Assembly: GCF_964204645.1 (NCBI RefSeq)
Contig: NC_134025.1
Location: 13,392,001 to 13,456,000, forward strand
From: Tubulanus polymorphus
Taxonomy: Eukaryota > Animalia > Nemertea
Direction of reading: 5' to 3'
Length of the DNA: 64,000 nt
Made by a program: the position numbers and the translations under genes. Shown one piece after another: positions 38,498-50,685 of the stretch. The notes under the pieces were generated by a model. That model saw only the letters and a program-made list of their open reading frames with translations. It had not been told where the DNA came from and searched no databases. The stretch's first letter is position 1. Each line of letters opens with the position of its first letter.

Positions 38498-40855
38498 ATG
38501 ACTCCCACGGATTTATATTTCGCCTTGAACTTTTTCCTCGTGACGTATTTGATAACTTGTTACTGGAATTATGAAAAAGCTAACATCCGAGCTCATTGCA
38601 GTAAGGCTAGGATCCAGTTTCTACGTGACTGTTTGGATGAAAAAGTACTACCCAAGACTCTGGATTGGGTTAGGGAAATTCGATCGTGACTCGCCATTTC
38701 CAAACGAAGGTAGAACTGCTCTAAAAACGCCATCGCGGAAGCCCAAGAGGAGTGTGAGAGAAACTTTTATAAACTTCGACAAGCACAAAAAATTCTTCAA
38801 TCTCAAATACCGGACTTATTTCTTTGGAATCAACTTCGATCTCTAGTGAGACATTTGTCTAATGACAATAAACTTAAAAGATCCACCAACTATTTGCAAC
38901 AATTGGATACTCTAATCGACAAAAGCCCTTGGTCAAGTTTCAATAATATAGACAATGTCGTGAACCTTTCATCTACCGTTCTGTCTAAATCGCAAACACA
39001 AGTTCTTGGATACGGACTCAATTTTGCTTTACTGCACCAGAAACAACAACTTTTGGATTTTGTACGCCAACTCGAATACCAGAATCGCAACAGCATCAAT
39101 TACGGTTTCATATACATGAACCTAGAATCTATTTCAGACCAACTGAAAATTCAGTACAATGAATTTTTCCCGCACCGGTTTAGATCTGCCCTTAGTGAAC
39201 TTCGGAGAATTAAAACAATCCGCATCTCTAAATCAGACAAAGGAGGAAAAATTGTACTCATGGACATTGAATCGTATAAATCTAAAATGCAAGATCTACT
39301 TAACAATCCGAATGTTTACAAAAAACTCAAATCGAACCCGTTAAAAACAATGCAAAATAAAGTTAACAAAGGACTGTCGGACATTATTGCGAATTTTAAA
39401 GATGACAATGTTTCGAAAACGCTGGACAAATTTAAACCTCGGTTACCGTCGCTCCCTTATCTCTATGGACTACCGAAAATTCATAAGAAGGATATTCCAC
39501 TTCGACCGATCATCTCCAATTGTGATTCACCATCCTATAGACTATCTAAATATTTGGCTAAAACTCTTTCACCGGTTCTTGGCTCATTTTCGAATGCCCA
39601 TTTACGCCATAACCAGGACTTATTGGAATGTTTAAAAAATGTTATTCCTGGGCATGATAAATTTATATCTTTTGATGTTGCTAGCTTATTCACTAATGTT
39701 CCTTTAGAACCTACTTTGGACTTTCTTAGGAGAAAGTTACCTACTTTAGATTTTCATTTTGATATACCAGTTGATTGTCTTTTGGACTTAATTGAACTTT
39801 GTACAAAAAACTTATATTTTCAATTTGGTTCTAACTTTTTTGAACAGAGTTTTGGTATGGCTATGGGGAATCCACTTTCCCCTGTTCTTGCTGGTTTATT
39901 TTTGGAACATGTCGAAAGTGAAATTCTTCCTCTTTACACTGAAAGTAGACCCAAAATTTGGCGACGTTACGTTGATGATATTCTTTGTTTAGTTTCCCCC
40001 GATTTTAATGTGAATGGATTCTTACATTATTTGAACTCTTTATATCCTACTTTGAATTTCACTTTTGAGTGCGAAGAAAATAATTGCATCCCGTTTCTCG
40101 ATGAACTCATTCATAATTTCAAAATAAATTTGAAATTCTCTTTTTATAGAAAACCGACTAACGCTGAAGCTTATCTTCATTTTTTCTCATTTACTCCTTT
40201 GAACATCAAAATTGGAATAGCCCAAGGATTATTTCTTCGAGCTCTACGTATTTGTGATCAAATGTTTTTAGATAAAGAAATCAAACATATAAGAACTGCT
40301 CTCAAGAAACTAGCCTACCCAGACAAAATTTTGAACAAAGCTTATTTCAAAGCCCGAATTTTTCACTTTGGACATAACGACCTGACCACAAAACGCAGAG
40401 CTCAAAAGAATATTATAATCCCGTATTTACCTACTTTGGAACACTTTAAATCCACATTAAGCACCATTGACACTAGATTAGTCTTTCAGTATAATAACAA
40501 ACTCACTAATGTTTTAACCAAAAATAAACCCAACAGTGAGCTAATTGAGTCCGGGGTCTATAAGATACCATGTAAAGACTGTAATATGATGTACATCGGC
40601 GAAACGGGACGTAATCTCAGTCAGCGTATTAAAGAACACAAAATAGATATCCGCAACCAAAAGCCCGAGAGTGGAATAGCGAATCATGTCTTTACAACCA
40701 ATCACCAATTTGACTTTCAGAATTCGAAACTTATTTATCCTTGTAAAGATATTCATAAGAGACACATAGTGGAATCAGCCCTTATATGTAAACTTTCGAA
40801 ATCCAATTTATCAACTAATTTAAATACTGGTTTTTCTCCACATAACCAATTATAA
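38498..40855 (+). pseudogene. Penelope-like reverse transcriptase / GIY-YIG endonuclease ORF, frameshifted at the N-terminus
   Basis: ATG 38498 (MTPTDLYF...), two apparent frameshifts near 38680-38730, then an open frame to 40855 with YGLPKIHK, PLRPII, SFDVASLFTNVP, GMAMGNPLSP, RYVDD, and GVYKIPCKDCNMMYIGETGRNLSQRIKEH. Confidence 0.9.
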
Positions 40856-41109
40856 TCCAGACACATCAACTCTTTATTGGATTTGGGTTGATGTCACTAT
40901 GTGTCACTCTGTTATCGGCACCCTCTTCGGTCCACTTCACATAGTTGCATATTAATTTGTTTTTACTCTGAACTGTTTAGAATTGCTGTGGTTTCCACGG
41001 TACCCCTTGATGTTTTATTGCTTGGTCTGTTTATCTTTAGTTTTGACACACTGCTTCTATTTTAGATCCTGTGAGTTTATATGCTTTGTTACTTGTTTTT
41101 CTGGTCATT

Positions 41110-41151
41110 CCACCTGATGATGGCTGTTAGTCAACAGCCGAAACGTTGTGG
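41110..41151 (+). ncRNA. Minimal type I hammerhead ribozyme in the Penelope 3' pLTR
   Basis: Stem I CCAC/GTGG, core CTGATGA, 7-bp stem II GGCTGTT/AACAGCC, GAAA, loopless palindromic stem III AACGTT; predicted cleavage after GUU at 41147. Confidence 0.88.
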
Positions 41152-41260
41152 TTTCGTAATAATTAATTTGATTGTATAATTTCAAATTCGAAGTGTGGGA
41201 TTTCTTCATTTATCTACAGTTTACACGGATTATAGTGTTTATTCGACAACTTCCGGCACA

Positions 41261-41925
41261 ATTTCAATTTCAATTTCAATATCAATTTCAATTTCAATTT
41301 CAATTTATTCATCATAAATCCAAAGTATAAGATTGTGAATGAAGAAAACAACAATAATAACAAACAGACAAAAAACAAAAATGTGTGACACAAAGATGTC
41401 CACTAACAGAAAAATAATAAAAGGAGAGAGAACTAATACAATGTCTAACATATATATATATACAATATTATTTAAGTGATATTTACAAGCCCATGATATA
41501 TGAATTTCGCAATATTTAAGAAGATTGGTTTATTGGGATTAGTAAAGGCCGAAAGAAAAGTGTCTAGGTTTAGATTTACAATATCATATTTAGTTCTTAA
41601 ATTATCCTGCAGTTTACAATAAAAAAGAAAATGGGATTCATCGCTGACAGCGTTACAGTGAGGGCAAATACGATTTGGTTGAGCGATGCCGAGTCTCCTT
41701 CCTTTTTCAATTATAAGGTTATGACATGACATTCGAAGTTTTGATATTGCTGATTTTAGAGAGTGGTCTTTTAAGAATAATAAATATGGTTCTAGCTGAA
41801 ATTTAGATTTCATAGTTCTATAAAAGTTATACCGGCTGTGAGTTGGATCATTGATCTCTGAATTCCAAAAAATAAGAAAACCCTGCTGCATATATTTACA
41901 TACAATTCTAGTTGATCTGGTTATA
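41261..41925 (-). mobile_element. 5'-truncated non-LTR retrotransposon (RTEX/Proto2-like) 3' fragment
   Basis: ORF 41472-41891 has the C-terminal module FYRTMKSKFQLEPYL...SKLRMSCHNLIIEKGR...RICPHC...DESHFLFYC (CCHC). The minus-strand 3' end has AATAAA and a (TTGAAA)n tail (41261-41302). TSD CTTCCGGCACA at 41250-41260 and 41926-41936. Confidence 0.85.
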
Positions 41926-42943
41926 CTTCCGGCACATGTATTGCACCAAATGAATGATGTGTACTTAAATGCACTTAGACGTACTAACTAATGAGACCTA
42001 CAAGAGGTATCCAAACACAATAAATAGATATAAAATCCATTTCAATGTGATGACAATCAGTACTAATATATCTGTTGTGTTTACACCACCCTATCTAGGC
42101 AGGGGAAATTTCAAGGACTGAGCATTCACACTGGCAAAATGCTAAACTGTTCCATTCCATTTTAGAACACACTAATTGAGAATAACGAAAAATACAAATG
42201 TAGGGTTTTTCTGGATTAGAGTTTTTTGTTTGAATAGAAACTTTGATCTAAATTACGAATGTAGGTAAGGTACAGGCCATTATAACAGAAAGCTAAAGCC
42301 TACCGCATACTTTTAATTATTAGTCGCAAACAGAAAGATTTTAAAATTTTCAGCAACTTTTGTTTAAATTGCCAACAGTTGCCATCTGGTCACCTGGGAC
42401 CGCAATGATTTGCACCACTTTTTGTAGCATTTGTGCCATTTTCTGATTTTTATCTGATCTGGCCCTGATATGCTGTATGTCATGTAATTCAAAGCAAAAT
42501 GTCAATGGTCACACCACACTAGGTGCCTGATGACATTTGAGCCAAAAATAGAGCCAGCAACCATTTGTCAGCCAAAAACTAGGCAATATTACAGCATATT
42601 TGTAGCTTGTGACGAAAATTGGCAACAAATCATCAAGAAATTGCATTGTGTGCAGTAGGCTTAACATTAAGACTAGCTTATATTCAGCTGCAGCAAGACG
42701 GATACCAATACAACTGAGAAGAAACATGATGATATCCCAGCTGTCAGCTGTACTTGATTTCCTGCAACTTATGGGATATGATATCTCGCCAGTTGCTTCC
42801 CAGCAAATGTTGGCTACGATCACTGGCAACTGCAGATGGTCATGTGACCAATTTTATTGGCCCAGTGACATCAAACTAAGGGGACAACTCATATGAAAAG
42901 TAATTCAATGAGAGTTAAGTTTCAACTCGAGAATGTTTACATA

Positions 42944-43594
42944 CAGACCTGCCAACATTGAGTTTGCCTATGTCTGAACAATTCTGAATTTTGCCAGTAA
43001 CATAGGAGTTTCTCAGTAACATCACCAGTTTGACAGATTACGCAATGGTACCAAAATGTCTGAATGTACTTTCCAAATTAGCCCGAAACGTATTGGAGTT
43101 TCCCAGTAACAGCACTGGTATCCCGCAATAACACGGATTTGGTAACGCATGGGTATTCAACTTGATAGGCGGGTTTAAATATCTGGAGCCTGCATCTCTT
43201 CTGGGAAGAGGTAACGGCTTCATCATCAGTGGATAGAACAGCGATTTCCGATTCACTATAGTTACTATCGTCCATTTTCCTTACTACAGATTCTACAGAA
43301 ACATAACCAAACACGGCCTACTTCCATTTTCTGAAGAAACTTGCCACAGTAAGCACACCGATAAATGATAAGCAGGGGCTGGGGATTGTGCAATTAAATA
43401 TTTCTATCGCCGCAGACGAACTCAAACACGTAATGTATGAGACATAGTAACATGTCTACAGTTCAATCGTGTTTTATACAACCAAAACAGAACCACGTAA
43501 CATTTTACTTTTTCCACCGTATCTTTTTCATTCTGATCGCAACGCCGTATTATCAGACGTAACGTATTATGGCGAAACTATAAGGGTAGGCAGG

Positions 43595-43598
<4 letters not shown>
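42944..43598 (-). mobile_element. Non-autonomous hAT (Tip100-like) deletion derivative retaining the transposase start
   Basis: TIR CAGACCTGCC(A/T)AC at both ends; 8-bp flanks TTTACATA / TATATATA. Minus-strand ATG 43275 gives MDDSNYSESE...KRCRLQIFKPAYQVEYPCVTKS, like the lead-in to a hAT N-terminal zinc finger. Confidence 0.65.
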
Positions 43599-43644
<46 letters not shown>

Positions 43645-43656
43645 TATACATATACA
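43599..43656. repeat. (TA)n / (TACATA)n microsatellite
   Basis: Direct reading; abuts the hAT right TIR. Confidence 0.9.
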
Positions 43657-45693
43657 TGACTGGAAGCCGCGAGCGTTTGTCAGAGATGACGTCAGGAACA
43701 CGCACCTGCTAAGATAAACAATAACAGTGAGCAAGCGCTGAAATTGCCGATTTAATAGTCATATTTCTCAGTAATGGCTGAACTAAAATTCAAACCAATT
43801 CCATATTTGATATTTGTGAATACATCACATTTGAAAATGAATTTTACACAATATTCCATTTTGATGGCATATGCTCTTTAATTCTTATTCGTAATCTTAA
43901 TACCTATAGGTTGCCACTGAAGTCAACCTTTGCTCAAAATTGGCCGATGAGCCGATAAGGAGAGTTTGTTCACAATGCCAGTCACAAGAACTGTGTCATT
44001 CCTATGTGCCCAGGTGCCGATATCTTAGTGAGTATGCAAGAATCAACGAGTAAGTTGTAACAGCAATGGCAACAGAACTAGAGCTGGCAATGAATACATT
44101 TGCATGAAGACTCTAGTATATTCATTCATATGCACTACTGAAGCAGGCATTGCACAATGGGTCTGCGCATCTCTGATTGGCTAGAATCCTTGTGTTCATA
44201 AGCAGCATCAAGTCTATATGCATCAGGTTCCATCATAAGCTGGCTTATGTCAGGGGATATGAAGGTATAGTTCTTGTCAATTGTTGCTAACCCCAGTTGG
44301 TATCATGTCACACCCTAGCCTGACATAAGCTAACCTTTAGAATGAAACAAATGTCAGTGAGTGAAATGCAGTTGGCTTTCGACTGATTTCTATTCAAAAC
44401 ATAGATGTCAATAACAAAAAGACAAAAAATATTTTCATGTCACAGGTGCTGTTCTATTCATGTAAAAGGAGGCTTGAAACTTGCATATCTTTTGTAGTAT
44501 TCTGATTTTTAACTGGCGATTAATTGCGGATTGTGAAATTTGAAGAATCAAATCCAGAAAAAAGATTTTTCTCTGATAATTGTGGTAGGACAGGTTTCAT
44601 TTAATACTTTAAGACAGGTTTCATTCAATGTTTCAAGGGAACCTATGTATCAATAACAGATATATGCAAATGTTTTCCGCATTGCAGAGAAAACTGCAGA
44701 GAATTTCTTCAGCTGAAACAATACTATGGATGTGCATTATTTAACAAGCTGATGCAAGTTGTTTTTTTTGCATTTTTAGTAATCAGAATAATTTCTCCAA
44801 GCTCTAACACAGAGTCACAAAAATGACTAACATAATGTTAAAATCTTGTCTGTATCAACTACGTGTGAATTTTAACATCGTGATACACTGTTACCAATCA
44901 GGTTCACCAAATGGGGTAAAGGAATCATTTCAAAATAAATGCTTCAAAATGCTTGTCGATTAAACTATTGAAACAATTCATACGCATTTCTTTGCATATA
45001 TAATCGAAATCCAATAAAACAATCTGTCCCTGCTGTTTACAGTTTAATGACACAGGATGAGATACACTAAGTAAGTCAACTGCCTCATCTATTTCACGCT
45101 GTTTTACTTGACAGAGAGGTATCAAAACAAGTGTAATCATAGATCAACTGCAGATCACACCAAAGCCATTGGACTCATTCAATTATATGGATTTCATGAC
45201 CAAGATGAATCACATGGCAAGATCTACTAATTTGCAATTTGACAGTAGATAAATCAAATGAAATTCTACTCATTTCATGGAATTTACAGCTAAAACATAG
45301 CAGCGTTGTCCTAAATGGAATAACCAATAGTTTATTTATGGTGTTGAATCTTACATGAAAAACAGATGATGTGGATGACAAATCTTCGGAACCATACTTC
45401 GATATCAAAGTGGAAAATCATATATTCTGTCCATTCATTGGTCTATGCTTCAAATCTCATTAGTGGCGAAGTTTTTTTATTGATATTTCTCTAGCAATTA
45501 CAACATTTGGTAAAGGACACTTTGAGCATGCTCTGAATGGTCTCATCGCAACTCTGTACGATTCTTATCAACTGATCTTTCAAATGGCCCATGAAAACTA
45601 ATCTAAAAGATTCAAATCTGGTAAGCAGGCTTGAAAGCTGTCCTTGGACCTCAGGCTGATGATTTGATTACTGAAGTGGCATCTTATGGTAAC

Positions 45694-46161
45694 AAGCCCA
45701 ACGAACACGGCACCGAAAAAACGTTTTTTCGGTGCCGTGTGCGTTGGAGGCAAAACACAAAACACCGAACTGAAAAACGTTTTTCACGAGCAAAAAACAT
45801 TTTTCACAAGCAAAAACGTTTTTCGCGAAACAAGCACTGCTTGATTTGCGAAAAACGTTTTTGGAGTTGAAAACGTTTTTCGTCCCGTGTGCCACACACG
45901 TCGATTGACACTTCTACGCCGTCGATTTCGCAAAATTAACAATATTGCTAATAAAATCGCATGGACGCCGCCATTTTGAGATTGATGTGAGTAACTGAGT
46001 TTATTGTTGTCTCCATGGATTCCATGGTGCAAGAAATGTTTTCTGCAAGTTTTCGTTATGCCGTGTGCGTTGGACGTTTTATCGTTTGCGGGCAAAACGT
46101 TTTGCGAAAAACGTGTTTTCTGCTTCGGCGAAACAAATATTTTGCCGTGTGCGTTGGGCTT
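45694..46161. mobile_element. Harbinger-like MITE
   Basis: TIRs AAGCCCAACGAACACGGCA / TGCCGTGTGCGTTGGGCTT; many internal AAAACGTTTT palindromes; TSD not clean. Confidence 0.65.
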
Positions 46162-46472
46162 CAACCTAGTAGTATTTGAAGTTGTGCCAGCTAAGTCTGG
46201 ATTTCATTTTTGGCACGGAGCGTGATAAAATCATCTTGTGATCTCTTGGACCATTCATCGCATTTTACAATTTATTCTCCCTATTTGTTTTCAATTTGAT
46301 GTCATTTTTATCTCTGGATTGGATGAAAGTAGCAAGTAAAAATATCAATTAATCTGACTGATAATAACCTTTTTCATGATGTATTTATTGTCACCCATTT
46401 GAATATTCACTCAATTATTCATTCGAATATTCACTCAACGCAGATTCAACAATGTGGATTGGTGAGGATACA

Positions 46473-46746
46473 AAAGCCGTTTCCCGAACCCGTTGATCTG
46501 GCGAGTCGTTGGAGTCGTTACTAGCCGACCAGAATCCGATCGTACCAATCACAGCGCTTGTAACAAAGGCATTAGGCTTCTGTTGTATTTCCTGTTAAAT
46601 CAGTGAATGTTTTACCGAACAAGGAGGTATTTCGCAAGTCCATATATAACGTCATGCATAAAAGCACCAGTAATGAAATCGCACATCACGAGGCCAGCGG
46701 GCTGGTGGAAGCGAGTTCAGGGAGCGATACCGGACCGCTGGCAAGC
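46473..46746. repeat. Dispersed palindromic-ended repeat (copy 2)
   Basis: Collinear, diverged match to 29096-29377. Confidence 0.65.
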
Positions 46747-46812
46747 GAGGATGTGGATAAGTAGACATATACGTAGTTATCTATGCTTTTTACAATTTTC
46801 TATCATCCCCAC

Positions 46813-47029
46813 CAGGATCCGATCTAAGCACTTGTCCGACTGCCTGGGACAATCATATTTTATTTAGGGCAAGTAGGTTATCATTATCACTTGTCCATCA
46901 GGCTAGTGCAATTTCTCAAAGTTTTCTCAGATGATTGTACCACCTATTGGACTACCTGTGTTAGGGCAAGCAAAATTTCAGATACTTGCCCAATGAGCAA
47001 GTGGCTTTTATTCCTTAGATCGAACCCTG
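46813..47029. mobile_element. hAT-type MITE
   Basis: TIR CAGGATCCGATCTAAG vs CTTAGATCGAACCCTG (2 mismatches); internal (G/C)ACTTG(T/C)CC / GGGCAAG repeats. Confidence 0.55.
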
Positions 47030-47161
47030 CTCACTAATTCTTGTGTAATCCCGTGAGTCAAACTTCTATATGACATTTTCTCAAGTCTCATGCGTGTATC
47101 TATTTATCAGAAAATTTCAAACTTTTTACTAATCCCTACTTTATTATTTATTGCGCCAGTA

Positions 47162-48012
47162 TAGATCAGCTCTCAGTGAACTCTGGAAAATTTTAACAAG
47201 GAAAAATCAGGAGAAAAAATTGTGTTACTAAATATTGAATGTTATCATTCCAAAATACAGGATCTCCTTTAAACATGGATGTTTAGAAAATGCTTGATTA
47301 ATTGAAATCCGTCTGGGTTACTGTCGTTTCCTTATATTCATTGACTCTGTAGAATTCATTAGAAGGATACTAGAAGGATACCTGTCTAATTGTGACTCAC
47401 CATCTTACAGACATTCTAAATGATTGGCAAAGATCTCTCAGCAGTCCTTGGTTCATTTTCTAATACCCACTTGCTTCATAATCAGAATTATAAGACAGTG
47501 TCTAAAAAATGTAATTCCAAGACAAGATAAATTTTTATCTTTTGATGTTTCTAGTTTATTCACCAATGTTCCTTTAGAACCAACAAGGATTTTTTATGAA
47601 AATGTTCTAGTTAATTGTCTCTTGGATCTCATCAAAGCATGACCAAAAAACTTTCAATTTAGTCCATACTTTTATGAACACTTTTTTTTAGTCTGCCTAT
47701 GGGGAAACCACTGTCCCGTTTTAGCCGGTTTATTTGTAGAGCACATTGAAAGTAAAATTCTTCCCCTTTATACTGATCGCAGACCAAAACTTAGACATCA
47801 TTATGTTGATGATATTCATTGTCTAGTCTTCCCTGATGTTACTTTAGTTTCATATTTTACTCGAACTCTTTATATCCCATTTTGAATTTCAATTTTAAGT
47901 GGGAGGAAAAATAATCAGAACCCCTTTTTTGGTATTCATTAACAATTCTAAAACCAATTAGAAATTCTCTGTTTATCGAAAACATTATCACTCCTTAGAA
48001 CAAAAAATAAGG
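47162..48012 (+). pseudogene. Older decayed copy of the Penelope-like RT region
   Basis: Collinear nucleotide similarity to ~39181-40215 (e.g. ATCTTTTGATGTTTCTAGTTTATTCACCAATGTTCCTTTAGAACC; peptide FLSFDVSSLFTNVPLEPT; TATGTTGATGAT = YVDD), with stops and deletions. Confidence 0.85.
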
Positions 48013-49880
48013 TAAACTATCAAAGAAACACTGAAATAGAAATCTTTATCCACATGAGTATGACACAAGTTGCTTTGACTAGTTCATATCCAGTCATACC
48101 TTGAGATAATGATCAGTATACTACTCAGTGAGCAATCAAACAAGTGATAATCAAATTAGTTGGGTACACGTAAATCTAATTACACTGACAGAACGTGAAA
48201 GACCCACATTGTTGTACTAAGGTAGATGAAAGAGCAAGAATGAACATGTAGAGAGTCTTGCAATTACAAGCTGAGATATTGAACCAAAGTAATCAAAACC
48301 AACGCACCGACAATGACGTAATCTATTTGTATCTTGTGGTTTTTTTCTAACATGGTTTATCATGGGTTTGAGAAAACTGCACTCTTTTAGACTGGAACTA
48401 ACTGGTAGGGAAAAACATATAGCCAGTTTTCATCATTAAAAACTGTAAGATCTACCCATAATCATTTCATTTCGTAATGAAAGTTTCTGCAATAGTTAGT
48501 CATTTAGAAAACCTCAGATTAGGGAAAAAAAGCATACTAAAAATGCACACGTGCATTTACTGTTGAATGGCTTCTTTGATGTTAAATTGAAAATCTGATT
48601 GCTAAAAGTTTCGTGCAGACAGGAATAATCCTGAGGGATAAATGCAACGACTTTGAACTCAGTACAAAAATCTTCTGCCGTTCGGACCGGTCTTTTCTTT
48701 TTTCTTTCTATTCTCAGAGCTATCATGGTAGAAACAAAGTAAATATCATCAGTCACAAAACTCATTCGTACGAAAATACAACGAGTTATACGCGGTCAAT
48801 TTGCTGGATCACATTTCGTCGCTTTCAAAGAACAAAATACACAAACGATGCTGCCAGTAGCGGAGGAGTTCATCGACGTAAATGGAAACATGGTTGCCGC
48901 AGCGGAGAAGGAAGAAATCAATCAATGCGTTACGTAAGGTAGACTACTCGCAGGCCTCAAGCGACGACGGAAATTATCGACGTTTCGATTTCGTTCACTT
49001 AAACGGACACGAACTCAGATCCGATGTAAAATCAACAAAACCATTACAGGACTGAAACTTCAAAGCTTTTCTGCTGTAAAATGCTTTGCAACAATGCACT
49101 CTGCGTAACAATCGTATCTATTTCAATCACGAATCTAATAAATCTGACAAATCCCTGATGAACAAGTGAAAAGAGCATCAGCCTGTGAAAGCAATGCTTA
49201 AAATATATGCATCAGAAAGTTTTTGTTGGCCTGATCGGTGGCTGCTAGGTTACAAGTTGATGGAACTATCTAAGATTGCCAATGACAAATTGGCACTTCC
49301 ATAATTGCTGACTGATCCACACCTTACATTACAGCAGCCCAGGTTTGACAATTGATATCCGTGAAGCACTTTCTGTTTCTATTCTGAAATTAATTTTGGA
49401 CTTCGGTAGTAAGAGAATTCTTTTGCTATCATGCACATCACTATCATTAATTCTTTTTAAAAACCCTGAACCGCCCAGCCATTTTGAATCAGGGATAGTT
49501 AAGTAATCTCCCGATATGCGATCTAGCTATATCTAACTATATAAATCTCTAAAATATGGGCTATGAGGAAATATAACATAATCCAATATAAATATTGGAA
49601 ACTAGAAAAGTCAATGGGACACTAAGGGTCAAAACTTATTTCCAGAATTTTTCACTCATCTTTGCTGGTTATCAAAGTAAAGTTGCAAATTTATTTCACC
49701 AAGAACCATTGTGTTCTATTTCATATACAAACTACTAAGGGACCCGGCTGATCGCCTGAGGGGGAGTCAATTACCAGTTTTAGACTGTTCATTCAGTCAA
49801 AATTGGAAATCACACTATTCAATTCATAATGCTATATATGCAGTAGACATGAACAACCTATAATCCTGAATTCACTCTAA

Positions 49881-50685
49881 AGGCTGGCTTATGTCGACAA
49901 GCAACGCGACGCCTACCGATGCAACTGGGTTTATCGCCGATTAGCAACTAGCGGCCTACAAGAGGCCGCCAGTTGCTGCTCTATCGGTTCGACATAAGCC
50001 GGCTTGCGACGGCAACCCGACACCTACCGACTCGTCGCAAGCCGTATCCGGCTAGTTGCCCATGTTCTACTCCGGCCTACGGTAGGCGGACAGTTGCTTT
50101 CGATCGCAACCGACATAAGCTCATCTGCCACGCAATGGAACTGAGCGCAAGGGTTCCAGCCAATGAGAGACCGCATATACATAGTACAAATTATGACCAC
50201 TAGTTAGCGTCATTCGTAATTAGTCATAAACTTTCAAATTCAAGTATTTCGAAACGTAAACCAAACCTTCAGCAAGTCAGATGACTGAACCGAAGATCTA
50301 GAAGCAAAATTGGTAGAATTATGGTGTGAGCGGCCATCTTTATATGATGTCGCTAGCATGTTGCATTCAAAACAGAATCAGAAAGATAAAGATCTTAAAG
50401 AAATAGCTTTTCTAATAGAAATATATTTCCCAATAATTCAAAATATATCAAATTTATTCTCAAAATGCTTATCACGTGACCATCTGAGCCAGCCGTTGCA
50501 GTTGCCAGTAATCGTAACCGACATAAGCAGGGAAGCAACTGGGAGGATCTCGTATCCTGATAGTCGGCCTCAGTTGCTGTGAATCGGAGCGCAGTCGACA
50601 TAAGCTGGGCTGCGATCGCGGTTGCTCTCAGTTGCATCGGTAGGAGTCGGTAGGCGTCGCGTTGCTTGTCGACATAAGCCAGTCT
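49881..50685 (+). mobile_element. Non-autonomous PIF/Harbinger element with a MADF-domain remnant (copy 2)
   Basis: ~39-bp TIR AGGCTGGCTTATGTCGACAAGCAACGCGACGCCTACCGA; TAA TSD (49878-49880, 50686-50688); internal LVELWCERPSLYDVASMLHSKQNQKDKDLKEIA. Confidence 0.85.

Larger units (their letters stand above)
38184..41249 (+). mobile_element. Penelope-like retroelement (Penelope/Poseidon type) with an inverted 5' pLTR piece, a partial direct pLTR and a 3' pLTR
   Basis: RT + GIY-YIG ORF. 38189-38313 is the reverse complement of 41065-41189; 38358-38493 repeats 41115-41250. Flanked by CTTCCGGCACA at 38173-38183 and 41250-41260. Confidence 0.93.
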
